Part shown: one piece after another, positions 1-13,400 of the stretch | How positions within the stretch are numbered: position 1 is the first letter of the stretch | Layout: the number at the start of each line of letters is the position of its first letter | Assembly: GCF_037042905.1 (NCBI RefSeq) | Contig: NC_087249.1 | Location: 14,260,001-14,324,000, forward strand | Origin: Lytechinus pictus | Lineage: Eukaryota | DNA length: 64,000 nt | Direction of reading: 5' to 3' | Notes under the pieces: model-generated | Database searches by the model: none | What the model was told of the DNA's origin: nothing | The model's input: only the letters and a program-made list of their open reading frames with translations | Program-made: the position numbers and the translations under genes

Positions 1-880
1 GAGAGCTGAAAATTTTGATTTACTGACCCGAAGGGGACCATTTTAAGCAATGTCCAACATGAATAAAAATTGTTGAGAGGATGTGGATTTCTTTATAATA
101 TAATGCTGAATTTTTGTCGGGACTTAGACCTTAAGCCAGGACATACTAATCACTCTCGGTACAGAAGCGCGAGCTGAAAACCTTTGATCTTAGAACCTGA
201 AATTTTGACATTCTGAACACTTTTTGCAATCATGAATACGATGGGTAACTAATCGATCAAGTACTGCGGCTGCGAGCGCAAAGCACGAGCTATTTTTTTT
301 TTAAGAATTAGACTTAAAATTGGACAATCATTTTTCGTAACCACGAAAAGGAAGGGTATCAATGAATGATGCGAGCGCGAAGCGTAAACTATATTTTTAC
401 ACGTTTTTATATAAAGAACAAACTCGGATTCCGCATCAGTAACGGGACGTATCTCAATAAATATATATAATACACTGTGCTAAGAGGATGTGGATGTCAC
501 TAAATAATTATGCGAGCGCGATATAAACCTTATAAACAAGGACATAATAATCACTGTCGGTACAGAAGCGCGAGCTGAAACTTATTTGTTTACTTACAAT
601 TCAACATTTTCATAAATTTATTACATAAAGAAAAAACTAAGATACTGCATATGTAATTGAACAAGCTGTGTTAGTATTTCAACAAACATTATGCGCAAAG
701 CGCAAGCTGAAATTTTTGATATGCTGACCCGAAAGGAACTGTTGAAGCATTAGTTGTCCAACATGAAAGAAAATTGTGGAGAGGACATGGATCTCACTAA
801 ATATATGATGCGAGCGCTAAGCGCTATAGCTAGAATTTTCTATTAGATTTAGACCTCAAAATGGACCATTTAATCACAGT
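1..880. repeat. Degenerate interspersed/tandem repeat with recurrent GCGAGCGC(G)AAGCGCGAGCTGAAAATTTT motif
   Basis: The motif recurs about eight times with similar spacers (e.g. near 166, 272, 371, 512, 567, 693, 810). The same family reappears at 17813-18070. Confidence 0.6.
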
Positions 881-1328
881 CGGTACAGAGAGCTCCCAAC
901 CTTCGGTAAATGACAAACTTTCGGCCCGTAAGCTTGGCATTTTCCCGACAGACGTTAGTTTAACATCCCTGCGCTTGCGTATTATAACAGACAATTTATC
1001 ATTTTCCCATCATCTCAGAATCCGCATCTTTGGTTGCACTGACACACATGTTTCCTTATCAAAAACCTCGTCTACCCCGCCCCCTTCTCTCTCTGATTTA
1101 TATTCTTCCTTTTGTGTTCCTTTTATTTTTNNNNNNNNNNNNNNNNNNNNNNNNNNNNNNNNNNNNNNNNNNNNNNNNNNNNNNNNNNNNNNNNNNNNNN
1201 NNNNNNNNNNNNNNNNNNNNNNNNNNNNNNNNNNNNNNNNNNNNNNNNNNNNNNNNNNNNNNNNNNNNNNNNNNNNNNNNNNNNNNNNNNNNNNNNNNNN
1301 NNNNNNNNNNNNNNNNNNNNNNNNNNNN

Positions 1329-2140
1329 TCACAACTTGGGTTTAGAAAAGATTTTTCCACAGAACTTGATGTATTGAATTTGATAAATATTATTTTACAT
1401 GCAATCGATGATAGCAACTGCTGTTTCAGTGTATTCATGGACCTCTCAAATGCATTTGACACCATCGATCACCACATTTTGATAGGTAAATTAGAAAATT
1501 ATGGCATTAGAGGAGTTCTACTACTGTACAGTGGGTTCACCAATTATTTGTTACATAGAAGGCAACAAGTTGTGGTCGATGGTGTCAAATCTAATCTAAG
1601 TTATATATCCTGCGGAATTCCACAGGGGTCTGTGTTAGGCCCCCTCCTCTTTCTTTTATACACAAATGATATAATTAATTGCTCTTCTTTTTTATCATTT
1701 TCGTTATTTGCTGATGATACCACTGTTACACTTACTCACAAATAAATTAACGAACTTATATCATCAGATAATAGCGAATTGGACAAACTACATTAAATGG
1801 TTTGCTTGTAATTCCGGCTTGTAATAAATTGCTTTTGAATTTCGATAAGACCAAGTATTTATAATTTTTCGAGGAAGAGGCAAGACGATTCCTTTAAATA
1901 TTATAAATCTTATTATTTGTGGAAATATTATCTCTAAAGTTGATAGTATCCAATTTTTAGGTGTCTGTTTAAATGAATATCTTTCTTGGAAACCCCATAT
2001 CAACTCAGTTTGTATTAAAGTCTCAAGATCTATTTGGGTTCTCTGCAGACTTCGACATTTATGCCTGACTAATTTGACTAATTTATAGAACAGTATTATT
2101 CTTCTACACTTAAACTATTGAAATATTGTCTGGGGTCACA
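1329..2140 (+). mobile_element. Decayed non-LTR retrotransposon (L2/CR1-group) reverse transcriptase fragment
   Basis: Translates to QLGFRK...DLSNAFDTIDH...GIPQGSVLGPLLFLLY...FADDT. Stops and frameshifts follow after 1745. It starts at the edge of an assembly gap. Confidence 0.9.
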
Positions 2141-2150
2141 AATTCAAACA

Positions 2151-2696
2151 AGCAGAACACTGAAAATTTCATCAAAATCGGATGTAAAATAAGGAAGTTA
2201 TAATATTTATAAGTTTCGCTTAATGTCACAAAACAGTTATATGCACATCCTGTTCGGTATGCAAATAAGGAGACTTATGACATCACCCACTCACTATTTC
2301 TTTTGTATTTTATTATATGAAATATTTTGATTTTCTCGTCATTGTCATGTGACACGAAGTTTTATTCTTCCCTGAGCACGTGGAATTCCATTATTTTAAC
2401 ATTTTGTGGTTCAGGCAAGGAGGTCCGAATTGTCAAATTCGTAAAAATTGAAATATTGTATAATTCAAACAATAAAAAAAACAAAAGAAATAGTGAGTGA
2501 GTGACATCATCGACTCTCTCATTTGCATATCACTGAGTTGAGCATAGAACTGTTTTGTGAAAAATAAGTGAAACTTTAAAATTTCATAATTTTCTTATTT
2601 TACATCCGATTTGGATGAAGTTTTCAGCGTTTTTCAATTATGATTTTTCTCTATTTATTTAAATCAGCTGTTTTCTGGGGTGGACTTGACCTTTAA
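2151..2696. mobile_element. Non-autonomous DNA transposon, TTAA-flanked (Kolobok-like), left end truncated
   Basis: Right end GGGGTGGACTTGACCTTTAA. Internal inverted AAAATCGGATGTAAAATAAG / CTTATTTTACATCCGATT. Confidence 0.6.
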
Positions 2697-2712
2697 GCGA
2701 TATATCATACAG

Positions 2713-3109
2713 ATATTGACTGATGGGGTGTGCAATATAAACACTCTTTGGATCGCCGGATTTATATTTTCCCGAGGGATCACGACGCTACTTTTGTCCC
2801 ACATATTTTATTTCCGACGTTGGTAACATCTAATCCACAAGAGGGCGTCATACACGTAGAAAAATATATTCATGGACCGGCTGGAAAAATACATTGATTT
2901 CGATCATATCACGTGCCGCGCTATGGACCGATCGCGCTTGGCTATCTGTCTTGCTATCTAATGTTAGCAAGTATAAATATTCTTTGGACCGCCTAAAATA
3001 TTTATATTTTCCCTCGTGATAATATTTTCCCTCAGCGCTGCGCGTTTCGGGAAAATATAAATCCGGCGGTCCAAAGAATATTTATATTTCACACCACATC
3101 GGTCAATAT
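2713..3109. mobile_element. MITE with ~63-bp terminal inverted repeats
   Basis: 2713-2775 is the near-perfect reverse complement of 3047-3109 (ATATTGAC.GATG.GGTGTG.AATATAAA...CGCCGGATTTATATTTTCCCGA). Confidence 0.75.
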
Positions 3110-3816
3110 ATAATTACGTATATAAATGTGCTTTTTATGATTTCGGAAATTAAACAAAAGAATAATGCTTATTAAATACATTTCATATTCAGTTTTATAC
3201 ATTGGAAGATCAACATATTATAATACACATAATAATTATTACAATGCTGGTACAAAGATACATTGTTAATTATTTTGACATATTTTTCAATAATCAAATG
3301 CTAGTATCAGTGGTGTAGTGAAGGGTATACGCGTTTATACCCAAGAAAATAAGTAGATTAAAAATTGAAAGCCTAATCATTATTTCGCGCGTATACCAAA
3401 TGAAATAATTATACATGTGAAGAACCACCGCACGCACAATTCCATGCCACTGCCACCACGGCGTACGTAGCGCGTAGTCTTTGGTGCTTTGAGGATCTTT
3501 GAGCTGGCAGATATATACCACTACACCTTTGGCTAATATAAGCCAGTTTGTAGTTCCACTCAGCGCATGATCAGTACGTGGAAGGCCATTGTTACTAAAG
3601 TGACATGGTGGTTTACAATTTGATGAGATAGGCACCAACTTTGATGTCTTGATTATTCATATATTCTTTTGAATTGTGTTTTTCATTTACATCCACAAAA
3701 ACAACAATGCGTCCACGAACGACTGGTATTTCACAGTTTGCCAAGTACATTTTAAAACATGCTATTAATATGCATTCAAAGTAGAAATGCAACAAATAAC
3801 TTCATAGAGTGTTCAT

Positions 3817-3878
3817 CAGTGGCGTACCTGAGATTTTTCACAGGGGGGGCAAAACCGTCCGCCAAAAATTTGACAAGC

Positions 3879-3909
<31 letters not shown>

Positions 3910-4125
3910 AAAAAGGTCTTCAATCACAAATGAAGGATTTTGTACCAGAAAAAATTTGACAAGCAAAAAAAAAAAAAAAAGGTCTTCAAGCTCGTCAGGG
4001 GGGCAATAAAGGTCTTCAAGCTCGTCAGGGGGGCAGGTATATGACTTTTGTATGGGATGTGGCTCGTCAGGGGGGGGGGGGGCAGAGTGCCCCCCCTGCC
4101 CCCCCCCCCCGTAGGTACGCTAGTG
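3817..4125. mobile_element. hAT-type MITE
   Basis: TIRs CAGTGGCGTACCT / AGGTACGCTAGTG with an exact 8-bp TSD GTGTTCAT (3809-3816, 4126-4133). Confidence 0.85.
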
Positions 4126-4398
4126 GTGTTCATTGATGTGCTATTCTGGTCACCTGGTCTATTCAATTTCTTCATCCTGCTATGTAAGGCAGGCTTACGT
4201 AATGTATTGCTTTGAAATCTGAAATCTCAATGAAAGAAATGAAAGGTCATTTGACCGAAATTGTCCATGAAGTAACTACGAACTGGTCTATTTGCAAAAG
4301 ATGGTTGGGTTGATGAAAATGACTGTAGCTTCATCTGGTCTACGGCAACCCGCCATTCAAATTAATATTGTTTGCTGGATGCTGTAGGTTTAACTCTT

Positions 4399-4440
4399 CT
4401 ATATCTTTTGTTCGATTGGTCGAAGCAATATTTCATGGAT
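4399..4440 (-). CDS. DHRS11: DHRS11-like A exon 7 ([13 protein letters not shown])
   Basis: tttttag acceptor, TAG stop. Homologous to B exon 7, including the start of the 3'UTR. Confidence 0.88.
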   Translation of the reverse strand: MHEILLRPIEQKI

Positions 4441-7400
4441 CTAAAAACAAAACATAAGAAAGTAAAGAAATATAGTAGTATCGCAATGCATTTAGCGCAG
4501 ATGCTCATAGTCAAAGCCCTTCAGAGCAAATTAATTTCACCCGCAAAAATGACATGTTCAAACTTTAACAGTGAATACCGGTAAACACATTTTGTCTTCT
4601 AAGCATTCTTTTACAGCCAGCCACAGGTAAGACTGTGTTTTCAAACTCTCTCGAAGCCAATTCTACAGGGTCGACCTCGCAGATCTTATAATGGATTCCA
4701 TAAAATCGTTGTCTTGAGAAAACAGGTGGAATGCCTCTGGCCGTCTCACCTGCATCACGCGATTCAATATAGCAGCAGTGCTGATTTTGAAAACTACTAT
4801 AACTCGCACAAGATGTTCAGTGATACTTGGTTACTCTTATTTCCACGTTTTATGAACTAGACCAATACACTTATAGAGATATGATGGCAATTCAACAAAT
4901 ACCCCCAACGTGGCCAAAGTTCTTTGACCTTACATGACCTTTGACCTTGATCATGTGACCTGAAACTCGCACAGGATGTTCAGTGATACTTGATTACTAT
5001 TATGTCCAAGTTTTATGAACTAGACCAACACACTTTCAAATTTATGGCTGTAATTCAACAAATACCCCAATTTGGCCAAAGTTCATTGACCCTAAATGAC
5101 CTTTGACCTTGATCATGTGACCTGAAACTTGCACAGGATGTTCAGTAATACTTGATTACTATGATGTCCAAGTTTCATGAATCAGATCCATAAACTTTCA
5201 AAGTTATGATGGTAATTCAACAGATACCCCCAATTCGGCCAAGTTCATTGACCCTAAATGACCTTTGACCTTGGTCATGTGACGTGAAACTCATGCAGGA
5301 TGTTTAGTGATACTTGATTAACCTTATGTATAAGTTTCATGAACTAGGTCCATATATTTTCTAAGTTATGATGACATTTCAAAAACTTAACCTTAGGTTA
5401 AGATTTTGATGTTGATTCCCCCAACATGGTCTAAGTTCATTGACCCTAAATGACCTTTGACCTTGGTCATGTGACATGAAACTCAGGCAGGATGTTCAGT
5501 AATACTTGATTAACCTTATGGCCAAGTTTCATGAACTAGGTCGTCGGAAAAGCGGCGCCTATAGTCTCACTCTGCTATGCAGGTGAGACAAAAATTGGCT
5601 TGAACATATTTGACTGTTTTGTTTTTGTTTAATTACTTTATTCATGGGCTGTGTTTGTACATGCCCCTACTAAGTGGCGACTCCGGGTAGAGGGACATCT
5701 GGCCTGTGCCCCCCCCCCCCCCCATTTCCCTTGAGCACCATAAATAATATTAATTTGTTAGTGGAAAACTCGTTCAATTGAACAATTGAAGACTTTTTTT
5801 TTGGGGGGGGGGGTGATATATTTTCCTTACATGTATGAAGACTTTTTTTGTACTTCTTAATTTTTACTGAAAAAAATGCCCCAATTTTGGACATCCTGGG
5901 TCCTCCCCTGCTCCTACACACCAAAAGTCTCAATTTTCCAACTTACTAATTACAAAAAAAATGTACTATGAACATCAACATATTTAAACCTAATGATACA
6001 AAATCGTGTATCAATGAAAAACCTACGTAGTTACATATTGACTGTCTTTGAAGTGTTTATGCGTTCGCCTTGCTTTATTTTTTTTTATTTAGCTCGAGCT
6101 GCCTTTCAGCACTCATGCATTCAAGGAATTAATCCTGCCGGGTACACATTCACCTCACCTGGGTTGAGTGCAGCGTGGATAAATTATTTGTTGCTGAAGG
6201 AAATTACGCCATGGCTGGGATTCGAACCCACGACCCTCTGTTTCAAAGTCAGAAGACTAATCCACTCGGCCACAACGCTCCACTATAATCACTCGGTTTT
6301 TGTTTTATGCTTGTCACCGATGAACATGGAATTTGACGTTAACACTATCGAAAACCAAGGAATTTGCATATAAGAAAATGGAAAACTTGGGACTAGGAAC
6401 CAATACCTCACATTTGAACGTATAGTGATCAAGTTCATATAACTTGTAATTCATACTGATATTACTGTAAAGCCTTGGTGAATAATCATGATCTACATGG
6501 AATTTAAACAATCTCAAAAGCTCATACTTGCAGATAAGGCGGCTGCTGAAGAACGTGAATGACTTGATTGGCGACATCTTCTGCTTTGATACTCTGATAA
6601 ACAAAATTAAGATAAATTAAATGTTGTACATATAAAAATCAAATCCATTTCCATCACAAATAATAAATGTTTATGAAGTAGTATATCATTACTTGCTTTA
6701 TCGATTGCTTAAAGTTTGATTTAAAGCAATAAAAATGTAAATGTTGTCTTTCAATCAATACGGAAAATTATAACATAATTTGTGGGTTCCACAAGGCGCT
6801 ATCCTGGTCACATTATCATAAACTGTATATAGTATATTAACTGATTATCAAAATAAAGTTTTCGATAATAATAGGTACTCCCTTATTTACCTTACCACGT
6901 ATCTACTCAAATCATCAAGTAATATCATTATCAGAATGTTTTTTTCTTCTTAAAAATATCAATAAGTTTTACGAACATCAATACGACATTATTTTTTGCC
7001 AGATTAACCCGATTAACTATTGTAATAATGGTTAAACCCACTGGATGTGTGTCGTAGAATGTGCATTCTGCGGGATCTTGACGTGCTTTCCTTGCTGCCA
7101 TTTCAGTCTTTACTACACCGGGTGAGATACTCTGCAAGCATATAAATATAAAGTGAAAATGCATGAGACTCAAATCACTAAATTAAGAATATGAAAATTG
7201 GGTCCCATGACATTTGCTCCGGCCACAATTGCTCCCCTATAAATTCCACACACACACACTCTTAAAGGATTGGTCAAAATGACAATTCTCTTAGCTAATA
7301 TATGTGTCTGCCAGATAAAATTGGTCAAAATCAAACAGATTCCAGGTAAATTTTAATCATGGCCCTGGAAAGCGGGGGTGCTGAAGCACCCCCAAAAATT

Positions 7401-10400
7401 TCCTTGGGGGTACTGCGTGTATTATTCTCCATATAGGCTTTTTTTTTGCTTTTCAAATTTCCCGGGACCAATTTGACCTCCATTTTGTAGTGAAAACCCT
7501 TTTTCTTTTCTTTTATTTTCTGTCTTATTTTCAAATTTACATTATCAGCACCCTCATTAAAAAATCGTTCCCCGGGCCCTAATTGTAATCAATAATTTGG
7601 TTGATTATGACAATTTTTCTCAGTCGGACACGTTTTATCAGCATACACAGACACAGTTTTACTCTTAGAAATAATCCTATAAAATTATATATTTGTAATA
7701 TTCTGAACCTTTTCCACATTTAAACATTGGTGCAGAGATCTCTTTAAGTAAATGACATATAACTGTCGAAAAAGCTTTCCGCTTAAGTGAGTACCCGCTT
7801 ACTTTTGAAAAGTTCGTGAAAAATGATTTGCGCACACGGACTTTAGCTATGAAGATTGATTTAAAGATATCTTTTACCTTTTCAACTTGTTTCCTTGCCA
7901 AAAACACTTCACAGAGCGCCAATCCGCCCCCCCCCCCCCCTCCCGACACACCGAGGCCATCGTGATGATATCTGCCATACACGGAGCTTTGATTCATCAC
8001 ATGAAATGGATTAGGCTTGATTTTCCTTCTGTTAATCATTATTTATTTCAATTTGCTAGAAATGCAAACGAAATGTAAAAAAAAAAGTACCGCAAGGTCA
8101 GTTTGTTTTCGTCTTTTTTACTTGACACAGTGTGAAAATGAGCATTTCTGTGCAAACCGATTTCTGCAAGCTTTACAAAAATGGAGAGTGCTTACTTAAG
8201 TGTAACATTATGTCGAATGTTTTGCTTTCATTTGATAGATGAGATTCAAACCCAAGAACATCATGTTAAAAATTATCCCTATGTTGTATATATTTCAATT
8301 TCCAGCACTTTTTCAAAGTGAAAACTTTTTATTGATATGCACTGTACATTCCATATGTATGAATGTAACTTATGCTTTCTTTGATATTGTTCTTATTTAC
8401 CAGCAACTGGCAGATCCAGTTGGTTGTCAAATTTTTCCTCGGGAAAATGTGCCCCCCCCCTTTGGAAAATACTGGATCCACCCCTGTTACCAGCTATCCA
8501 CATAAATCTGTGAACGCTGTTTTATTAATGTAATTATTCAATAGCATAGTCAAATGGGGGTCAGTGAATTTGCTACTTCCTTTTTAACGCTTATATTGAG
8601 GATAGGTCTCTTGACAAAATACTTCATCATTACCGTAATATTGTGGTGAGTCAAGTATAGCACAAACATTGCGGCTATTCAGGCTGTCACCCACTCTATG
8701 TGCATGATCACACAATAAGAGTTTTTGATTCGCGCCGCACTGCTTACGGATTCAAGAAAACAGTACATGTATTGGAAATACCCATCAAAACAAAATGAGC
8801 AGCTGGGGCCTGGGAGGCATTTGAATCAAAACTGCCGAATTGATTCAGCAAATTTTCGACAAAGACTCCTTGGTTGATCATTGTCCTGAAAGACAGTTGA
8901 CAATGCATTTTCTATGTGCTTGTCCATCGTGTGTCGTGGAGTGAAAAACTCTCTATTATCTCGTTCGTGACGTAGATGTATCATGTTCTGCTCTAGACAG
9001 TTGACACACATTGCTTGTGCATCAGTCGATTTCAATGCATGGGACGTCATAATCTCATAGCGCCCTCCCTGAGAGGCTATAGGAACACGCGTTAACGGAG
9101 TTGTCAGAGATGCGCCAGCTGCAGACTCCCAACGTAATGACGTCATCATCTAAGGTGGAGACGCGATGACTCCAATGCATAAGGTCCATAATATTACTAC
9201 CCGGGATTACTACACTATAATGATGTGGTAATGATGTATATAAAATCGTATCACAAAGCATAATCTACAGAAAAACAACAACAACCATGACAACTCTACT
9301 CCAGGCGGTCGTTTCATAAAGCTGTCCGTAAGTTACGAATGACTTAATAAACGACTAGTGATTCTTTCTTGATGTAAAGGGGTAAGTTATATATGCACCA
9401 AATTTTCATTCGTGTTGATTTTGCTCCAAAGAAAGGATAACCATAATCCTCAAGTCCTGTAAAAACTGTGGTGTTAAAACTGACACCAGTTGGTGTTAAT
9501 AGAGGACCACACTCTGAGGTGTTAAAATTACACCCTATAGAGATTGAACATAACACCAAAGAGTGTAAATGTAACAACCAAATGTGTTGTATATAATAAC
9601 ACCTTTATGTGTAAAACTAACACTGTCAATTTAACACCGGAGTAAAATAACTGGTGCGGTCCTCTGTGTACACCGGATAACACCACAGTTTTTGCCGTGT
9701 AGTTACGAGCAGCTTTGAGAAATACCGCCCTGATCCTGAATAGACTTACGCAGACTCTGATGTGGCTTTTCATTGCTCTCAGTTCAGTTCTCAAGCCTTC
9801 TGTCAAAGCTGTCACCATGTGCTTGGTTCCACAATAGAACCGGTCACCTACCACCTTGTGACCGGAAATGCTGCCAAAATAAAAACGATTCAAGAATGTA
9901 GTTTTTCATGATATATGTTGTAAATGAATGAATAAAATAAATCAATTAATTAATAAAAATTAAGGTTTCATTGAAGGAAAGTTTCTATATTAACTTAGAC
10001 ATAAAGACCGGACTGAAAAGTGATTTAAATTGCCTTAGGTAGTTACTGTATGTCTGGACAGGTTATATTATCCGAATAAGACGATTTCGGGAATTTTCCA
10101 GCAATATCTAATAGATTATTTGATAGTTACGCATTCCAAGGCAGTATTAATTTTGGATCACAAACTTTCATTAATATTTGTGTTTTTGATGCGTATATAT
10201 TTCCTGCATTCCTGAATGAGTTTAAGCTATTTAAGTTTCCAGACTTGGATCCCTGCACTGCAAAAACTCTGGTGTTGATTTAACACCAGCCCGGAATCTA
10301 TATATGTCCACACCAGAGAAGTGTTAAACACCAGTTTCGTTTTGGTTTAAACCAGATAGGTGTTTATACAACAACAATTAGTATCAAAACAGCATCGGTT

Positions 10401-13400
10401 TGATTCCAAACTGGTCTTGTTTCAAAACTTCTCTGGTGTGGACATATATAGATTCCGGGCTGGTGTTAAATCAACACCGGAGTTTTTGCTGTGCGTTATA
10501 ATAGGGGGGCCTACATTATTTTGGGTAAATTGCACATTTTGATAAATCAACAATATGTGAAATTTACCTAATGTACCGTTACGGCTCTTATGATTTGAAT
10601 AGTAGGGATCTACATTGACCAAAATATACATTTATAATGTCATTTGCCTGACTCGTTTTGCAGTGTGATTGGCACTTTGTTGTCATGGTAACGGCATATT
10701 ATGCTTATTTGTGTTTATATATTTATATATTATGTTTATTTTAACGTGTATTTTATTCGATCATTTTTATAACTTGTTTATTTTTTTTTTTTTTGGGGGG
10801 GGGGGTCTAGAAAGGAGCAACTTTTGGGGTACAAGCAAGAGAAGTCTTATAGTCTCACCTATTAATATGTATAATCTGTCCATCATTCACCTCATTATCC
10901 AGCATTAGCTTGATTGAATTTTGAGTGCAAATACACAGAGCCATGACATTTACCTGAAATGAAAATAACATTGACGTCATTGATGATGATGATGATGATG
11001 ATGGGATTCTTATATAGCGCTGGTATCCGCCTCTCCTGGGCGCTCATGGCGTTTTCTCAAATATAGGAAACGTCTTTCAGTATATCATTCAGTTCAAATA
11101 CTGTCCTAGTAGAAGTAGTAGTGCTACAATTGTGTTATTCTTGCGATGATGTTTGACAGGGCCATGGAAACGATTTTTTTATTGGGGTTGGTGATGTAAA
11201 TTTGAAAAGGAAAAAGGGGGGTTTTCACTTCTAAATGGATTTCCAATTGTTTCCGAGAAAATTGAAAAGCCAAAAAAAAAGAAAGTTTCACTACAAAATA
11301 AAGGTCATTTTGGTTACATTTTTACACATAAAATTATGTAAAATTACCTGTGGGTGCTGCCTATGGAAAATGATTACACGCAGTACCCCAGTGATTTTTT
11401 TTTTGGGTGCTTCAGCATCCCCAGCACCCCCGCTTCCCAGGGCTATGATGTTGGAGTGGGGAACAGAAAGGTTTTCAGGTAAGACTCAAAAGTTGATTGG
11501 ATCTCTCCTCTCCTGATAAATTGCGGAAGGCTATTCCACAGCTTTGGTCTTATTGAGCCTCGGATATGAATGGATATTTTAAACAGGGGTTTTCAGTTCG
11601 GGGGGGGGGGGGTGCGCGTGTTCCTCCATTCCGTTTTAGTCCTTCCTAACATTTGATCAAATAAAGAACAACCGATAGGCAAAATTCTGAAGATTTTGAC
11701 AAAATTTCACAAGAAGAAGCATGACAACCAATGCTGTCACACCCGTGACACAATTTCTTTTTTCATTTTTTTTTTGTTTGGTATATCAAAGATGTATTTC
11801 TTAGATGAAATAATGAAGACATTCTAGATTTTATCACAAGTTAAGTACAATAATGGAAACTAAGAAAATCTACTACTTTCATATTGTGCATTAAAGGGAT
11901 GTTCACCCTGACAAAAAGTAAAAAGGAAAAGGTTCGTTGGTGAAGGTTCGGGGAGATTCCGCTCAAAGGTTAAGAAAGTTATAGCAATCATTATTTTTTT
12001 TTTACTTGTGACGCCATATACGTGAAGCATCCCCATATGTCATGTAACATAAAATGTATAATTTTTAAAGTTTTAAAGGTTCCCGGTAACTATTTTTCTT
12101 TCAGGAGCGGGTGTGAAACGATTTATGTTTTGATATACTGGAGGTACAATAAAAACCATTCCCGTTTTTTCACCTTTTTTTTTTTACAAAATGACATTTC
12201 ATCGATTTACGACTGCACTTTAATGGGAAATTATATGACGTCACAAATAAAAACATGAAAATTCTTATAACATTTTGTTAATCTTTAATGGATTTTCCTT
12301 AAATCTTCACCAATATTTTTGTATTATTTTTTTTACTCCTATTTTTACAATAATTTTTTTTTTCTGGCAGGGTAAACTTCCCATTTCATGCTTGATTCTC
12401 CTTCGAAACAATTATTCTCTGAGAACTGTACTTACATCTAATGGTTCCTGCCAATCGTCCGAATCACCCGTGACAAGTTTAGCACCGTAGGCAACAGCTG
12501 CGTTATTAATACAGGCATGAACTACCCTAAACTCCTTCTTGATCTCTTCAAACATGGCTGCTATCTGATCTTTCTTTCTAAGATCGCATTGGATTGGATG
12601 AAGTTTACCAGACGCTGACTCAGCTTCAAGCTCACATTTTATTGCCTGGTTTATAAATGAAAAAAAGTAGAATACAGTTTGCTAAAAGCTGACTGGTTGA
12701 TATGACTGTGTATAGGCCTACCCCCAAACGGGTTTGCATTTTTTAGCTTTATTATGATAATCTTCAAGAGAGTAATTACGTTATTTTTTTATCTATAAAT
12801 TCTTTTTTTAATAAATTGAATAAATCATTTATTTATCAATCTGTAAATTAAATCATTTATTCATTTTATTTATTGATCTTATTGTTTTCTCATATGTTAA
12901 TTTATTCATTATTACTTTTTTTTGAGGGGGAAGGGGGATTTCAAAACTCCAGACAAGTTTGCCTTGATGCCCATCTATCACTAAAGTGAGTCACCCCGGG
13001 GGGGGGGGGGGTTACTCCGAAATTCCCGCCATCATTGCCATGATTCCCATTTAATGTCATTTTTTACAGTGAATTATCCGGAGGGGGATGTGGCTTTATT
13101 TTTTAAATCAATGGGAACTTTTTCCCGATTCCCATGTTCTATTAACTTGTGTCAAACTCAACATTGCCTGACCCCCCATCTATCATTAATGTAAATCAGC
13201 ATGGGGGTGCGAAGGCTGTAGTTTAAAGTCACCAAAACTTGTCTTCATCGCCAAAGTGAGACAACCTTTCTCTTGCCTCCTCATTACAATGGAATAATAA
13301 GGGTGTCCCCCCATTTTATCAAAACATGTTATATTTTTTTTGTATTTGCCTTTAAATTTAAAGAATATTTTATTATACGATAATAAAAAGCTACATTCAA

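Noticed and set aside
861-1745. 294-aa ORF
   Set aside because: Artefact of reading through an N gap. Only the part after 1329 is a real RT fragment.
4790-5545. CRISPR-like regular repeats
   Set aside because: Whole ~162-bp units repeat with no unique spacers, in a eukaryotic TE context.
6200-6283. tRNA gene candidates here, at 42027-42078 and at 52370-52440
   Set aside because: They continue into SINE bodies or are interrupted, and lack a proper acceptor stem and terminator.
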